Assembly (NCBI GenBank): GCA_050013255.1
Contig: JBEKFP010000001.1
Location: 416,001-480,000, forward strand
Length of the DNA stretch: 64,000 nucleotides
Source of the DNA: Candidatus Bathyarchaeia archaeon
GTDB taxonomy: Archaea; Thermoproteota; Bathyarchaeia; 40CM-2-53-6
Reading direction: 5' to 3'
Part shown: piece after piece, positions 30,053 through 39,561 of the stretch
Position numbering within the stretch: position 1 is the stretch's first letter
Layout: each line of letters opens with the position of its first letter
Program-made: the position numbers and the translations under genes
Notes under the pieces: generated by a model
Databases searched by the model: none
What the model was told of the DNA's origin: nothing
Seen by the model: only the letters and a program-made list of their open reading frames with translations

Positions 30053-30420
30053 TGAATAACGAAGAGACCCTTCGCCAAGTCATGCGGAGCAAGCAACTGG
30101 CCAGTTTGGGGGATGCGTTCGTAAATTTCGTCTATTCTTTGGCGCTAACTCAGGCTAACGGAAAACCTCAATCCGTGAAGGTTAGCGATAGAATTCTTGC
30201 AAATGCTTTCAAGCTTTCAGGCCTACGTAAGTATCTCGGAACTCGGATCTCAAAGAAAGACCTTGCAAATGCCTCAGAGTCTCTTTTGGTTGATGCATAC
30301 CAGAAAAAACTCATCACAATCGAAGAAAGCGTGAGAATCCTCAGTGAAGACCCTAATGGCCTACAAGTAGGGCTCTCACAACTGATGAAACTAACTGCAG
30401 AGCGAATAGCTCGCAGCTAG
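30052..30420 (+). CDS. Archaeal minimal RNase III-like protein
   Basis: LASLGDAFVNFVYSLA, ANASESL. Confidence 0.75.
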   Translation: MNNEETLRQVMRSKQLASLGDAFVNFVYSLALTQANGKPQSVKVSDRILANAFKLSGLRKYLGTRISKKDLANASESLLVDAYQKKLITIEESVRILSEDPNGLQVGLSQLMKLTAERIARS

Positions 30421-30434
30421 CTGGCGACTTTCTG

Positions 30435-30962
30435 TTGCTCAAGAAGGAAACTAGAATTTTAGGTCTAAGCGCAACACCACGTCTAAAAGGTGGGACTTTT
30501 TTCGTCGGCGTCATTTTCAGGGGTAGCTTTTGGCTGGACGGGATCCTGACATGCACCGTAAGGCCCAAGAGGGGTCTCGAAACGTTGAGGCTGTCAAGAG
30601 CGATAATGAAGTCTAGACAGTATTCGCAATTGCACGCCATCATCATTTCGAAAGATCAAAATGTCCTCCGACGAGATAATCACATCACAGAGTTAGCGCA
30701 CAGACTCAAATTGCCAGTTATATTACTACTCAAACGCGCGTCGGTAAAGAAACGTATACAACCGCCGGGAGTGAAGCAGTATGATCTCGACATTAACGGT
30801 GAACGACTTCATGTCTCCGCCAAAGGGATAAGCTTCACGAAGCTTCAAGAATTGTTCACCGTTGGCTGCGCTCCGGATTCTTACATTCCTGAAGCTGTGA
30901 GAGTTGCGGATCTGATGACAAAGCAAGTAACGCTTAAATGGAACTCTCTGAGATTGGCGTAG
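30435..30962 (+). CDS. DUF99/endonuclease dU-like protein, catalytically degenerate
   Basis: RILG...VGVIFRGSFWLDG...PEAVRVA; synteny between rpo11 and tfs. Confidence 0.7.
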   Translation: MLKKETRILGLSATPRLKGGTFFVGVIFRGSFWLDGILTCTVRPKRGLETLRLSRAIMKSRQYSQLHAIIISKDQNVLRRDNHITELAHRLKLPVILLLKRASVKKRIQPPGVKQYDLDINGERLHVSAKGISFTKLQELFTVGCAPDSYIPEAVRVADLMTKQVTLKWNSLRLA

Positions 30963-30978
30963 CCGGTCGTTACCAAAA

Positions 30979-31302
30979 GTGCAATTTTGTCCAAAGTGCG
31001 GTTTAGCTCTTCTGCCTACAAAGAAACAGAAATCCGTCGTCTTGAGTTGCCCGAAATGTGGCTACGAGACGAAGCGGTCAGACCGCACGGTGCAAAAGTT
31101 AGAGCAACAAAAAGAGAATGTGGTCGTCATCGGTAAAGAAGAACAGAAGATTCGTACACTGCCGAAGACGAAAGTTGATTGCCCCAAGTGTGGACACAAA
31201 GAGGCGTTCTATTGGCTTGTGCAAACGCGCGGAGCAGATGAGTCCTCAACACAGTTCTTCCGGTGCACAAGTTGTGGGGCAACTTGGCGTGAAAATTCCT
31301 AG
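30979..31302 (+). CDS. tfs: Transcription factor S
   Basis: Two Zn ribbons, QTRGADESSTQFFRC. Confidence 0.94.
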   Translation: MQFCPKCGLALLPTKKQKSVVLSCPKCGYETKRSDRTVQKLEQQKENVVVIGKEEQKIRTLPKTKVDCPKCGHKEAFYWLVQTRGADESSTQFFRCTSCGATWRENS

Positions 31303-31386
31303 GGTCCATGTCTCGACTCGCACCGCTCAATTAAAATGCGTAAGGTTCTCTCTCTAAGACACCATTCGATATCCGGTGACTGATGA

Positions 31387-32139
31387 ATGTTCAAAGCTAC
31401 GATCAGTGATGCGAGGCTTTGGAAGAACCTTCTCGCGGGGATATCTACACTCATTGAGGAAGCCGACTTCAACGCCGCCCCTGAAGGAATCAAACTAAGA
31501 TCGATGGATCCATCCCATGTGGCCATGGTTGACTTTGAATGGAACAAATCAGCATTTGAAGAATATACCTGCCTACAACCAACCAAGATTCGATTGAATG
31601 TAGCCGACATTGTCAAGAAACTACGCGGCGCTGGGCAAGAACCCCTCGAAATGTCATACGATGAAAATACTCGAAAGTTCAGCATGGTCATCAAAGGAAA
31701 ATGGAAGACCACGTTTACTCTCCCCACGCTGGACCCCGGAAATGAAGAAGTGCCGACGCCGAAAATTACTTTCAACACGAAAATTAAAATGATCAGCTCA
31801 AGCTTCAAAGACATAATTGATCAAATTCAAACAGTCAGCGATAACGTGAGGTTCGAGACTACCCCAGAGAAATTCACCGCGGAAGCAGTTACGGAACTCA
31901 GTGGAGCAAAGATTGAGTTAGAGAAGGGCAGCGACGTTTTGCTGGAGCTTGAGGTCAAGGAACCATGCAAAGCAACCTTCAACCTGAACTACTTAGCGGA
32001 AATCTCCAAGGCTGGCTCGATGGCTGCGGAGCTCGTTACACTGGAATTCTCGTCTAACATGCCCGTAAAACTAGAGTACGAAATGCCTCAACAAGGAAAG
32101 TTGCTCTATTTCCTGGCCCCGAGAATTGAGGCGGAGTAG
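31387..32139 (+). CDS. pcn: PCNA sliding clamp
   Basis: SMDPSHVAMVD, YFLAPRIE. Confidence 0.96.
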   Translation: MFKATISDARLWKNLLAGISTLIEEADFNAAPEGIKLRSMDPSHVAMVDFEWNKSAFEEYTCLQPTKIRLNVADIVKKLRGAGQEPLEMSYDENTRKFSMVIKGKWKTTFTLPTLDPGNEEVPTPKITFNTKIKMISSSFKDIIDQIQTVSDNVRFETTPEKFTAEAVTELSGAKIELEKGSDVLLELEVKEPCKATFNLNYLAEISKAGSMAAELVTLEFSSNMPVKLEYEMPQQGKLLYFLAPRIEAE

Positions 32140-32203
32140 AACTATTAACGCTAAGACGGCATAACCAGCTTCGCCTCTCCCTAACCATTTAGAGGCGGTC
32201 AGC

Positions 32204-33280
32204 ATGCAGGCGCTTCTTACCAAGTTGGACTTGGCAAAATTCCCGTTCACTATAGAAGCGTCTAACTACGTAAAGTCAAGAAACATTGATCCCCTAGAAC
32301 TTGTGAGGCCTGAACTAATTCCCATACTCGAACGCGCTATAGAACGAATCAGGCAAGGCGTCTTTACCGGGAGAATCTCAGCTGACCTGACCCAAGAAGA
32401 TGTGGACATACTCGCCTACCCCACAGCGCTGATGCTGATCAGCTCCATCGGCGACGACAGGACACGGCGCCGATATGCTCTCGCTGAGTCAAAGCGAGCC
32501 TACCAGCTGCTGAGAGAGGAAAGCCCAGACAAGCTCTTGCAGATAGCGACTGGCACGTTCGCTTGGGACGCGAAGCTTGTAGATCGAGATGTTGGCGACA
32601 CCCACTTTGAATTCGCGCTTTATTTCACATTCTATGTGAGCAATTCAGCCCGAATACACGACCTGAAATGGAAATTAGTCAATAGGGTCCTCGCTGAAGG
32701 CTATGTCTTGCTTCCGCGTGAAGATTTCGCGAGACTGCTGGAGGAGGAAGTTCAATCTAGAGTACTCGAGAAAACCGCCGACACAACGGTAGCGCTCCCC
32801 GCGGAATTGGACAAGCGCGTCGAACCGTTGCGTTCTACGCTAAAGGCTAGGTCACAATATTTAGCCACTGACGAAATGCCTCGAGCAGTGATGTCATCCG
32901 CAATGCCGCCATGCATGAGGAATTTGCTCGGCCTCCTGCAAACGAGTAAACACATCTCTCACATGGGAAGATTCGCGATGGCTGCCTTCCTACTGAACAT
33001 TGGAACGAACGAAGAGGACCTGCTTAAAATGTTCAAGTCTTTCACCGATTTCGATGAAAGGATCGCACGTTATCAAGTGGAACACATTGCTGGTAGACGC
33101 GGATCAAGAAGACAATACACTGCGCCAAACTGCAGTACTATGCGGACCCACGGCCTTTGCGTCAATCCTGATGAACTATGCGGCTCCATAAAACATCCAT
33201 TGTCCTACTATAGGAGAAAAGCAAGAAGCCTTCTCAGACAAGAAAGAGGAAAAGCCCCCCGTGTGAAAGCGCGCAGCTAG
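32204..33280 (+). CDS. priL: DNA primase large subunit
   Basis: MPPCM, YQVEHIAG, PNCSTMRTHGLC, HPLSYY. Confidence 0.93.
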   Translation: MQALLTKLDLAKFPFTIEASNYVKSRNIDPLELVRPELIPILERAIERIRQGVFTGRISADLTQEDVDILAYPTALMLISSIGDDRTRRRYALAESKRAYQLLREESPDKLLQIATGTFAWDAKLVDRDVGDTHFEFALYFTFYVSNSARIHDLKWKLVNRVLAEGYVLLPREDFARLLEEEVQSRVLEKTADTTVALPAELDKRVEPLRSTLKARSQYLATDEMPRAVMSSAMPPCMRNLLGLLQTSKHISHMGRFAMAAFLLNIGTNEEDLLKMFKSFTDFDERIARYQVEHIAGRRGSRRQYTAPNCSTMRTHGLCVNPDELCGSIKHPLSYYRRKARSLLRQERGKAPRVKARS

Positions 33281-33295
33281 AGATGTAATTCGCCC

Positions 33296-35668
33296 TTGAA
33301 GAAAAGATTGGCAGCTCTCTGCATACTTGCAATCTTAACGATTCTCTCCAGTTTAGTACCTCCTACTCAAACAGCTCACGCTGCTATTGTTTTTCGTGGG
33401 TCGCAGAATCCCAGTGGTCAAGTCTCGATTTTCGTTGAGAGTGACCATGATTTTGTCCCCGGCGAGGTTCAGTTGCTGAATGAGTACGGCACAGTCACGA
33501 CGACCGCAGGCCCCATTGCTGCCGTTCACACCCCAGTAGCCAACCTCCCCGAGATTGGAGGTTTGCCATTTGTCACACGGATTGAGAATTCACATTCCCT
33601 CAGCATTGATCTTGAGAGCGGCGTACCCGATACCGGGGCGCCACAAGTATGGAATCAAGTAAAGGATCCAAATGGCAACAATGTAACTGGCGCAGGAGTA
33701 ATCATTGGGTTCGTCGATACTGGGATTGATACGACACACCCAGATTTCACCTTCCCCAATGGAACCACCAAGATTCTCTACGTCTGGGACCAAACAACCC
33801 CCGGCCGCCCACCTACTGGTTTCGACTATGGCTACGAGTGCACGTCAGCTGACGTCCAAGCGAAGAGCTGTCCTGAAACCGATACATTCGGCCACGGGAC
33901 ACACGTAGCCGGAATAGCGGCAGGTTCCGGATTGGCTACAGGAAACTTTACAGGAGTAGCTCCGGGGGCGAGCATAATCTTCGTGAAGAGCGGGTATGGC
34001 GTATGCAACGGTGCTAGCTGGAATTTCGATACAACTCACATTTTAGATGGCGTAAGTTACATTGTGAAAAAAGCGGCCAAGCTTGGAATGCACGCTGTGA
34101 TAAGCCTCAGCTTAGGTGGAAACATTGGAGCCCACGATGGAACTGACCCGTTCGAACTCGCCCTGGACGCAATTGTGGAGGCGGGAACACCGGTCGTCGT
34201 TGCCGCCGGAAATCAGGCACGAGACAACGCCCACATTCGAGGCCAACTTTCACAGGGAAGCAACGCGACTTTCCAGGTGCAGGTTCAACAAACAACTGTG
34301 GACCTTCAGATCGATGTCTGGTATTCACCTCAGGATCAGATCGACGCGACGCTCACAACACCAGATGGGCAGCATTACCGTGCTCCGACAATTCCTGGAG
34401 GAGTTGTAAGCAACTTCGGCAACGTAACAACCACAACAAGTTCCTCGAACAACGGTGACGAATTGTACCTTGAAGTCAACTCGACTACAAACCTGCCACC
34501 CAATGGATGGAGCATAACTCTAAAGGCGACCCAAATTCAGTCTCAAGGCTTCTGGGACGCGTGGACCGATGCGGTAACTTGCTCCAATCCTGGACCCTTC
34601 TTTACACCCGGTATTGGATACGAGATCGACAGCCACGACACTGTGGGCATACCGGGTACAGCGAGACATGTTGTGACGGTGGGCGCTTACGTAACAAACG
34701 CATCATGGACGGGAATAAATGGTCAGGTCTACGGCCGTACTGACATAGCGCCCGGTGGAATTGCACCATTCAGCTCCTGGGGACCTACAAGGGATGGAAG
34801 AATCAAGCCGGATGTAGTAGCACCTGGGACCAGCATCACTTCCGCAAGATCGAATACGATACGCGAGCAAGGAGGTGACCCTGACGCGTTTCACAGAGTC
34901 CTATCGGGCACAAGCATGGCGACACCACACGTCGCTGGGGCAATTGCTCTAATGCTCCAATACGACCCGCACCTACAAGCGATCGATATCCCTGGAATAC
35001 TCACACGAACCGCACGTTTCGACGCAGACACTGGCGTGTTTACGAACGGCTCTCCGGTTTGGGGCTTCGGGAAATTAGACGCACGCACCGCTACCGGGTT
35101 CTTCCGGTTGATACTGGTAACCAGTGGTATTCCAAGCTCCATCACTGTTCCAGTTCAGGTGGACGGCAAGGACAATCTTGAGTCTTCAGGCGGTTCCTGG
35201 GTTGACCTATACTTCCTCAAAGGAGGAACGCATACGGTTTCGTTGGATACTCAGATTCAAGGTAAACTCGGCACCCGGTACGAACTCGAAGATGGCGGTT
35301 TTGCGGTGTCGGCGAATTCACTAAAGATGCTGGATTACACGGTTCAATATCTACTCGTTGCAAACTCGCGCTTCGGACCTACGTTGGGAGGAGGGTGGTA
35401 CAATGCCAATGCAACTGTGAAAGTTGGTGCTCCAGACCGCGTACCTGCTGGAGGAGCATTAGGTTACCTAGGTGTAGCATACACTTTGGCTTACTGGGTA
35501 GGAGAGAATGGTAGAGTTATGACAAACCCTGTTGTTATGAATACGCCAAGGAACGTAACCGCTGTTTATGCTCTGAGGTTTCCCGTAGAGACGTTTGTGG
35601 TCGCTATAGTAGTCCTAGTAGCAATTCTCGTGTCATTCGTTATTATTGCGAGGAAACGGATGAGTTAA
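33296..35668 (+). CDS. Membrane-anchored S8 subtilisin-like serine peptidase
   Basis: Signal peptide; VDTGID, HGTHVAGIAAG, SGTSMATPHVAG; C-terminal TM helix. Confidence 0.92.
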   Translation: MKKRLAALCILAILTILSSLVPPTQTAHAAIVFRGSQNPSGQVSIFVESDHDFVPGEVQLLNEYGTVTTTAGPIAAVHTPVANLPEIGGLPFVTRIENSHSLSIDLESGVPDTGAPQVWNQVKDPNGNNVTGAGVIIGFVDTGIDTTHPDFTFPNGTTKILYVWDQTTPGRPPTGFDYGYECTSADVQAKSCPETDTFGHGTHVAGIAAGSGLATGNFTGVAPGASIIFVKSGYGVCNGASWNFDTTHILDGVSYIVKKAAKLGMHAVISLSLGGNIGAHDGTDPFELALDAIVEAGTPVVVAAGNQARDNAHIRGQLSQGSNATFQVQVQQTTVDLQIDVWYSPQDQIDATLTTPDGQHYRAPTIPGGVVSNFGNVTTTTSSSNNGDELYLEVNSTTNLPPNGWSITLKATQIQSQGFWDAWTDAVTCSNPGPFFTPGIGYEIDSHDTVGIPGTARHVVTVGAYVTNASWTGINGQVYGRTDIAPGGIAPFSSWGPTRDGRIKPDVVAPGTSITSARSNTIREQGGDPDAFHRVLSGTSMATPHVAGAIALMLQYDPHLQAIDIPGILTRTARFDADTGVFTNGSPVWGFGKLDARTATGFFRLILVTSGIPSSITVPVQVDGKDNLESSGGSWVDLYFLKGGTHTVSLDTQIQGKLGTRYELEDGGFAVSANSLKMLDYTVQYLLVANSRFGPTLGGGWYNANATVKVGAPDRVPAGGALGYLGVAYTLAYWVGENGRVMTNPVVMNTPRNVTAVYALRFPVETFVVAIVVLVAILVSFVIIARKRMS

Positions 35669-35678
35669 CCTGGCCAGC

Positions 35679-35993
35679 TTATTTCCGCTTCATCATTACA
35701 TCGGAGCCTTCGACGCGAACATCAAATAGAATTTCGTCCTTAGTGGGTGGAGGCCCAACCACCTTCCCCGTTGTAACATCAAACTGTCCCCCATGCCATG
35801 GGCAGATGACATTATTTCCTTCAATTTCACCTTCATCAAGCGGACCTCCTCTGTGCGTACAGGTGTTCGCTATCGCATAGAGCTTTCCGCCAACATTTGC
35901 AACGAGAACACCTTCGCCGCCAAATACAACCTTCTTCAAAGAACCAACGGGGAATTCGACCGCTTGGCCGACCTTGACATACCCTTCGCTCAT
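35679..35993 (-). CDS. Rieske [2Fe-2S] ferredoxin
   Basis: CTHRGGPL...CPWHG; start at ATG 35993. Confidence 0.9.
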   Translation of the reverse strand: MSEGYVKVGQAVEFPVGSLKKVVFGGEGVLVANVGGKLYAIANTCTHRGGPLDEGEIEGNNVICPWHGGQFDVTTGKVVGPPPTKDEILFDVRVEGSDVMMKRK

Positions 35994-36104
35994 CCCGTAA
36001 AACCGCCTGGGACTATATTCGGCTAGGTTTATGAACTGAGTGCATATGGAAGGATGTATTCGCGCCAAGTACTCAACAATGAAAATATCTGAAGTTACTC
36101 TGAC

Positions 36105-37394
36105 ATGAACATGAGGAAGAGCAACCTGCCACCCAACACCCAAACGCAACGCTTCGAATTCCTAAAACAGAAATTCCAAGAGTACTATAAAGCAGCAAGT
36201 CCTTCCCTCAAACCCCCTCCCGCAATGACGGAACGCGAATTCGGGTTTCTGCTTTTCCCTCAGAAGATAATGGTAAGGCACAAGGCCTTCCAGAATCTCG
36301 AAACCTTCACTGATTCGCTCTTATCGCTGGCACCTTCAGATGTTTACTATTCTACCGCGTACTATGCACACCCCACTCTTGAAATGGACCAAAAAGGCTG
36401 GAAGGGCTCAGATGTTGTCTTCGATGTTGACGCTGATCACATTGACACCCCCTGCAAGGAAACACACGACATGTGGGCATGCACCAAATGCAAGGAGACG
36501 CGAAGAGGCAGGAAACCTGCAAAATGTCCCAAATGCGGAACCGAGAAAATAGATGAGAAACCTTGGCTTTGCGTTCGGTGTCTTATAGCTGCGAAGGAAG
36601 AAGTCCTAAAACTAATTGAGTTTCTCTCAGAAGACTTCGGAATTGAATCTAATCAGATGCACCTATTTTTTTCCGGTCACAGAGGATACCACCTCCACAT
36701 AATTTCCGACAAACTGAAGACTCTGGACGATCTGCAGAGGAAGGAGATCGTAGATTACGTCCTCGCCCTCGGGCTGGACCCAGCTGAGCAGGGACTTTAT
36801 CAGGACATTCTAGACAATAGGCATCCGGTTGTGGTCGGGCCTGATCTGACGGAGCCAGGTTGGCGCGGCAGGCTTGCTCGCGGAGTGTACCAAATCTTAA
36901 CGGAGTTGAATCAACAGCAGTTGGTTGAACTCGGATTTACACGAGGAGCTGCCGAGCAGATTCTGAACGACCGTGAAACAATCAAGAAGGAATGGTCGAG
37001 AAAGATGCTCTGGAGTTCTTTCCAGGACAAGTGGCGCATAAACGAGAAGATCTGGAGAAACATCGTTGATAAAGCAATGAGTCTCGTGGCTCTACCTGCA
37101 CAGATCGACACCGTCGTGACCACGGACATACACAGATTGATCCGGATGCCGGAAACATTGAATGGGAAGACAGGCCTCAAAGCCGCATCAGTCGAATTGG
37201 AGCGCCTTGAAGAATTCGATCCCTTCTATGAACCGGCAGTCTTCGAAGGGGCCCAGGTCGTTCAAGTAAGCGAAGCACCTGAAATCATGCTGCGCGACCA
37301 AAACTATGGACCGTTCACCAACGAAAAAATTGAATTACCGCTAGCCGTCGCAATCCTGCTGATAGCCAAGGGCGTCGCATACCCGGTGAAATAG
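36105..37394 (+). CDS. priS: DNA primase small subunit
   Basis: REFGF, DVVFDVDAD, FSGHRGYH, IDTVVTTDIHRLIR. Confidence 0.93.
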   Translation: MNMRKSNLPPNTQTQRFEFLKQKFQEYYKAASPSLKPPPAMTEREFGFLLFPQKIMVRHKAFQNLETFTDSLLSLAPSDVYYSTAYYAHPTLEMDQKGWKGSDVVFDVDADHIDTPCKETHDMWACTKCKETRRGRKPAKCPKCGTEKIDEKPWLCVRCLIAAKEEVLKLIEFLSEDFGIESNQMHLFFSGHRGYHLHIISDKLKTLDDLQRKEIVDYVLALGLDPAEQGLYQDILDNRHPVVVGPDLTEPGWRGRLARGVYQILTELNQQQLVELGFTRGAAEQILNDRETIKKEWSRKMLWSSFQDKWRINEKIWRNIVDKAMSLVALPAQIDTVVTTDIHRLIRMPETLNGKTGLKAASVELERLEEFDPFYEPAVFEGAQVVQVSEAPEIMLRDQNYGPFTNEKIELPLAVAILLIAKGVAYPVK

Positions 37395-37396
37395 AC

Positions 37397-37984
37397 ATGT
37401 ACAACGACCTCTACAAGGCTTGGAAGGCCGAAAAAACCTCCGAGAAACCGCAGCCGCTATCGAGCGACTTTTACCAACGGGCCACTGGCTACCTAAAGGG
37501 ATTAGAAGACGACTCCGTTGCTGACGACACACGTACAATCCAGGGCCGCCTACTCGTCGAAGAGAAGGATGTAGCAAAACGCCTGCTCGACGAAATTAAG
37601 CAAACAAGGCTGCATAAAATTGTTAACGCAGCAAGAGATGGCAGCGAAATTAGCACGAGTGACTTAACGGATGAAGAAAGAAGGCTCGTGGAACACTTCA
37701 ATGAATCCCTCTCAAACTACAAGGAACACGACACACCTAAGCAGGGTGGCTCCCTTCCCGAAGATCAACCGGAACTTTCAGTCGTAAGGTTCCTTGATAA
37801 TGTTCCCGAAATTGTTGGCGTTGACTTGAAAATATACGGCCCGTACAAGAAAGAAGACGTAGGTTCCCTTCCAAATCAAAACGCCCAGGCACTGATTAAA
37901 CAAGGCCTCGCTAAGGAAATTGATGTTAAGCGTGTCCATCATGCTTTGCCTGAAGAATTGACGAAACAACTCCATCAACAATAA
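37397..37984 (+). CDS. GINS subunit (Gins15/51)
   Basis: VPEIVGVDLKIYGPYKKEDV B-domain; synteny after priS. Confidence 0.85.
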   Translation: MYNDLYKAWKAEKTSEKPQPLSSDFYQRATGYLKGLEDDSVADDTRTIQGRLLVEEKDVAKRLLDEIKQTRLHKIVNAARDGSEISTSDLTDEERRLVEHFNESLSNYKEHDTPKQGGSLPEDQPELSVVRFLDNVPEIVGVDLKIYGPYKKEDVGSLPNQNAQALIKQGLAKEIDVKRVHHALPEELTKQLHQQ

Positions 37985-38026
37985 ATAGCGCACGCAAAGC
38001 TAGGTAACGAACTCAGGCTGATCAGT

Positions 38027-38302
38027 ATGAAAGCCCCAAAACAGATTCGAACCTACTGTCCAAAATGCAAATCACATACTGATCACCAGGTATCAATCTA
38101 CAAGAAGAGCAAGGAACGGGCGATGTCCGACGGAGCAAGAAGGCAAAACCGAAGGAAGCACGGATATGGCGGACAGAAATTCCCGGAACTGAAACGTACA
38201 GCAAAGACAACAAAGAAACAATTGCTGAGGCTCAGCTGCAAGACCTGCAGCTCTGAGGTCTACCGACTCGGAATTAGACTCCGAAAACTCGAAATCACCT
38301 AA
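38027..38302 (+). CDS. rpl44e: 50S ribosomal protein L44e
   Basis: YCPKCKSHT, GYGGQKFP, AKTTKK. Confidence 0.96.
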   Translation: MKAPKQIRTYCPKCKSHTDHQVSIYKKSKERAMSDGARRQNRRKHGYGGQKFPELKRTAKTTKKQLLRLSCKTCSSEVYRLGIRLRKLEIT

Positions 38303-38389
38303 ATTACCTTCGAGTGCGGAGAAACAAGCCATAACACTTATGTTAGTTGCACCCACTTTCTTCGGCCTCCACAAGAACAGTGAATCATT

Positions 38390-38584
38390 ATGGTTAAGGG
38401 CGAACTTATTCCAAAGCCAGAAAGCAGCTTCGTTAGAATCAAATGTCCCAAGTGCGGTAACGAGCAAGTGATATTTGACAGGCCATCAATTCCCCCGCGA
38501 TGCTCAGTCTGCGAAGAGATTTTAGCTGAACCGACCGGCGGAAAAGCAAGAATTAAGTCAGAAGTCGTGCAGGTTCTCGGATAG
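38390..38584 (+). CDS. rps27e: 30S ribosomal protein S27e
   Basis: KCPKCGNEQ, EPTGGKA. Confidence 0.95.
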   Translation: MVKGELIPKPESSFVRIKCPKCGNEQVIFDRPSIPPRCSVCEEILAEPTGGKARIKSEVVQVLG

Positions 38585-38593
38585 GCCAAGCGA

Positions 38594-39376
38594 ATGTCAG
38601 TAGCGCCGCGTTACCCAGAGGTCGGCGACCTTGTAGTAGCCTCTGTAACGCGGGTCGTGGATTACGGGGCATACGTCAAACTTGATGAATACGAAGGTGT
38701 GGAAGGTCTAATCCACATCTCAGAAATCGCAAGCACATACGTGAAAAACATCAGGGTTCACGTCAGAGAGGGCCAGAAGCTGGTCCTGAAAGTTCTGCGT
38801 GTTAGCTCCCAACGGGCTCAAGTCGACCTCTCGCTGCGCAGAGTCACGGGGCGAGAAAAATCCGAGAAAATGCTCGAATGGAAGAAAGTGAAGAAAGCTG
38901 ACTCAATCATCAAGGGCGCAGCTGAGAAATTGAAGACGACCGAAGATGATGTATCTAAGGTCAAGTCGATTATCTATGAAAAATTCGATAACCCATTCGA
39001 CGCATTCGAAGAAGCTACGGATGAGGGCGAAGAGATCTTTAGCAAACTTGGCATTAGCGAAGAATGGGCCAAGACACTCACGGAAGTTGCGCGGAGCAAG
39101 ATTAGGTTAGAAAAGGCGAAGGTCACGGGAACTGTAGAACTAACTTGCGCCAGGACAGAAGGGGTGGAAGCGATACGCCAAGCGCTCCGAGGAGCGAAGA
39201 AGGTTAAGAAGTCACGCGGAACAACCATCAAGATTTACACGGTAGGGTCCCCACGTTACAGGCTCGAAGTTAGGAGCAAAGAGATAACGGATGCCCAAGC
39301 GACATTGAACTTGGCGATTGACGAGGCACTAAACTCGATTAAGAGCCTGGGCGGCGAAGGGCGCAAACTAAGTTGA
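38594..39376 (+). CDS. eif2a: Translation initiation factor aIF-2 alpha
   Basis: YPEVGDLVV, GLIHISEI, VDLSLRRV, GSPRYR. Confidence 0.95.
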   Translation: MSVAPRYPEVGDLVVASVTRVVDYGAYVKLDEYEGVEGLIHISEIASTYVKNIRVHVREGQKLVLKVLRVSSQRAQVDLSLRRVTGREKSEKMLEWKKVKKADSIIKGAAEKLKTTEDDVSKVKSIIYEKFDNPFDAFEEATDEGEEIFSKLGISEEWAKTLTEVARSKIRLEKAKVTGTVELTCARTEGVEAIRQALRGAKKVKKSRGTTIKIYTVGSPRYRLEVRSKEITDAQATLNLAIDEALNSIKSLGGEGRKLS

Positions 39377-39525
39377 AATGGCTCCTAAGAAAATGCCCTA
39401 ACTGCAAAACCTACACACTGAAACAGAACTGCCCCAAGTGCGGAGAACCTACAGTTACACCCCATCCACCAAAGTTTTCCCCGCATGACAAATATGCTCG
39501 CCTGCGCCAGCCAAATGAGGAGTAA
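39373..39525 (+). CDS. nop10: H/ACA RNP protein Nop10 (not in ORF track)
   Basis: Manual translation MKWLLRKCPNCKTYTLKQNCPKCGEPTVTPHPPKFSPHDKYARLRQPNEE*; TTGA overlap with aIF2a. Confidence 0.93.
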   Translation: MKWLLRKCPNCKTYTLKQNCPKCGEPTVTPHPPKFSPHDKYARLRQPNEE

Positions 39526-39561
39526 GATTCAGGGCAATAGTAGTGGAACAGAGACGCATTA

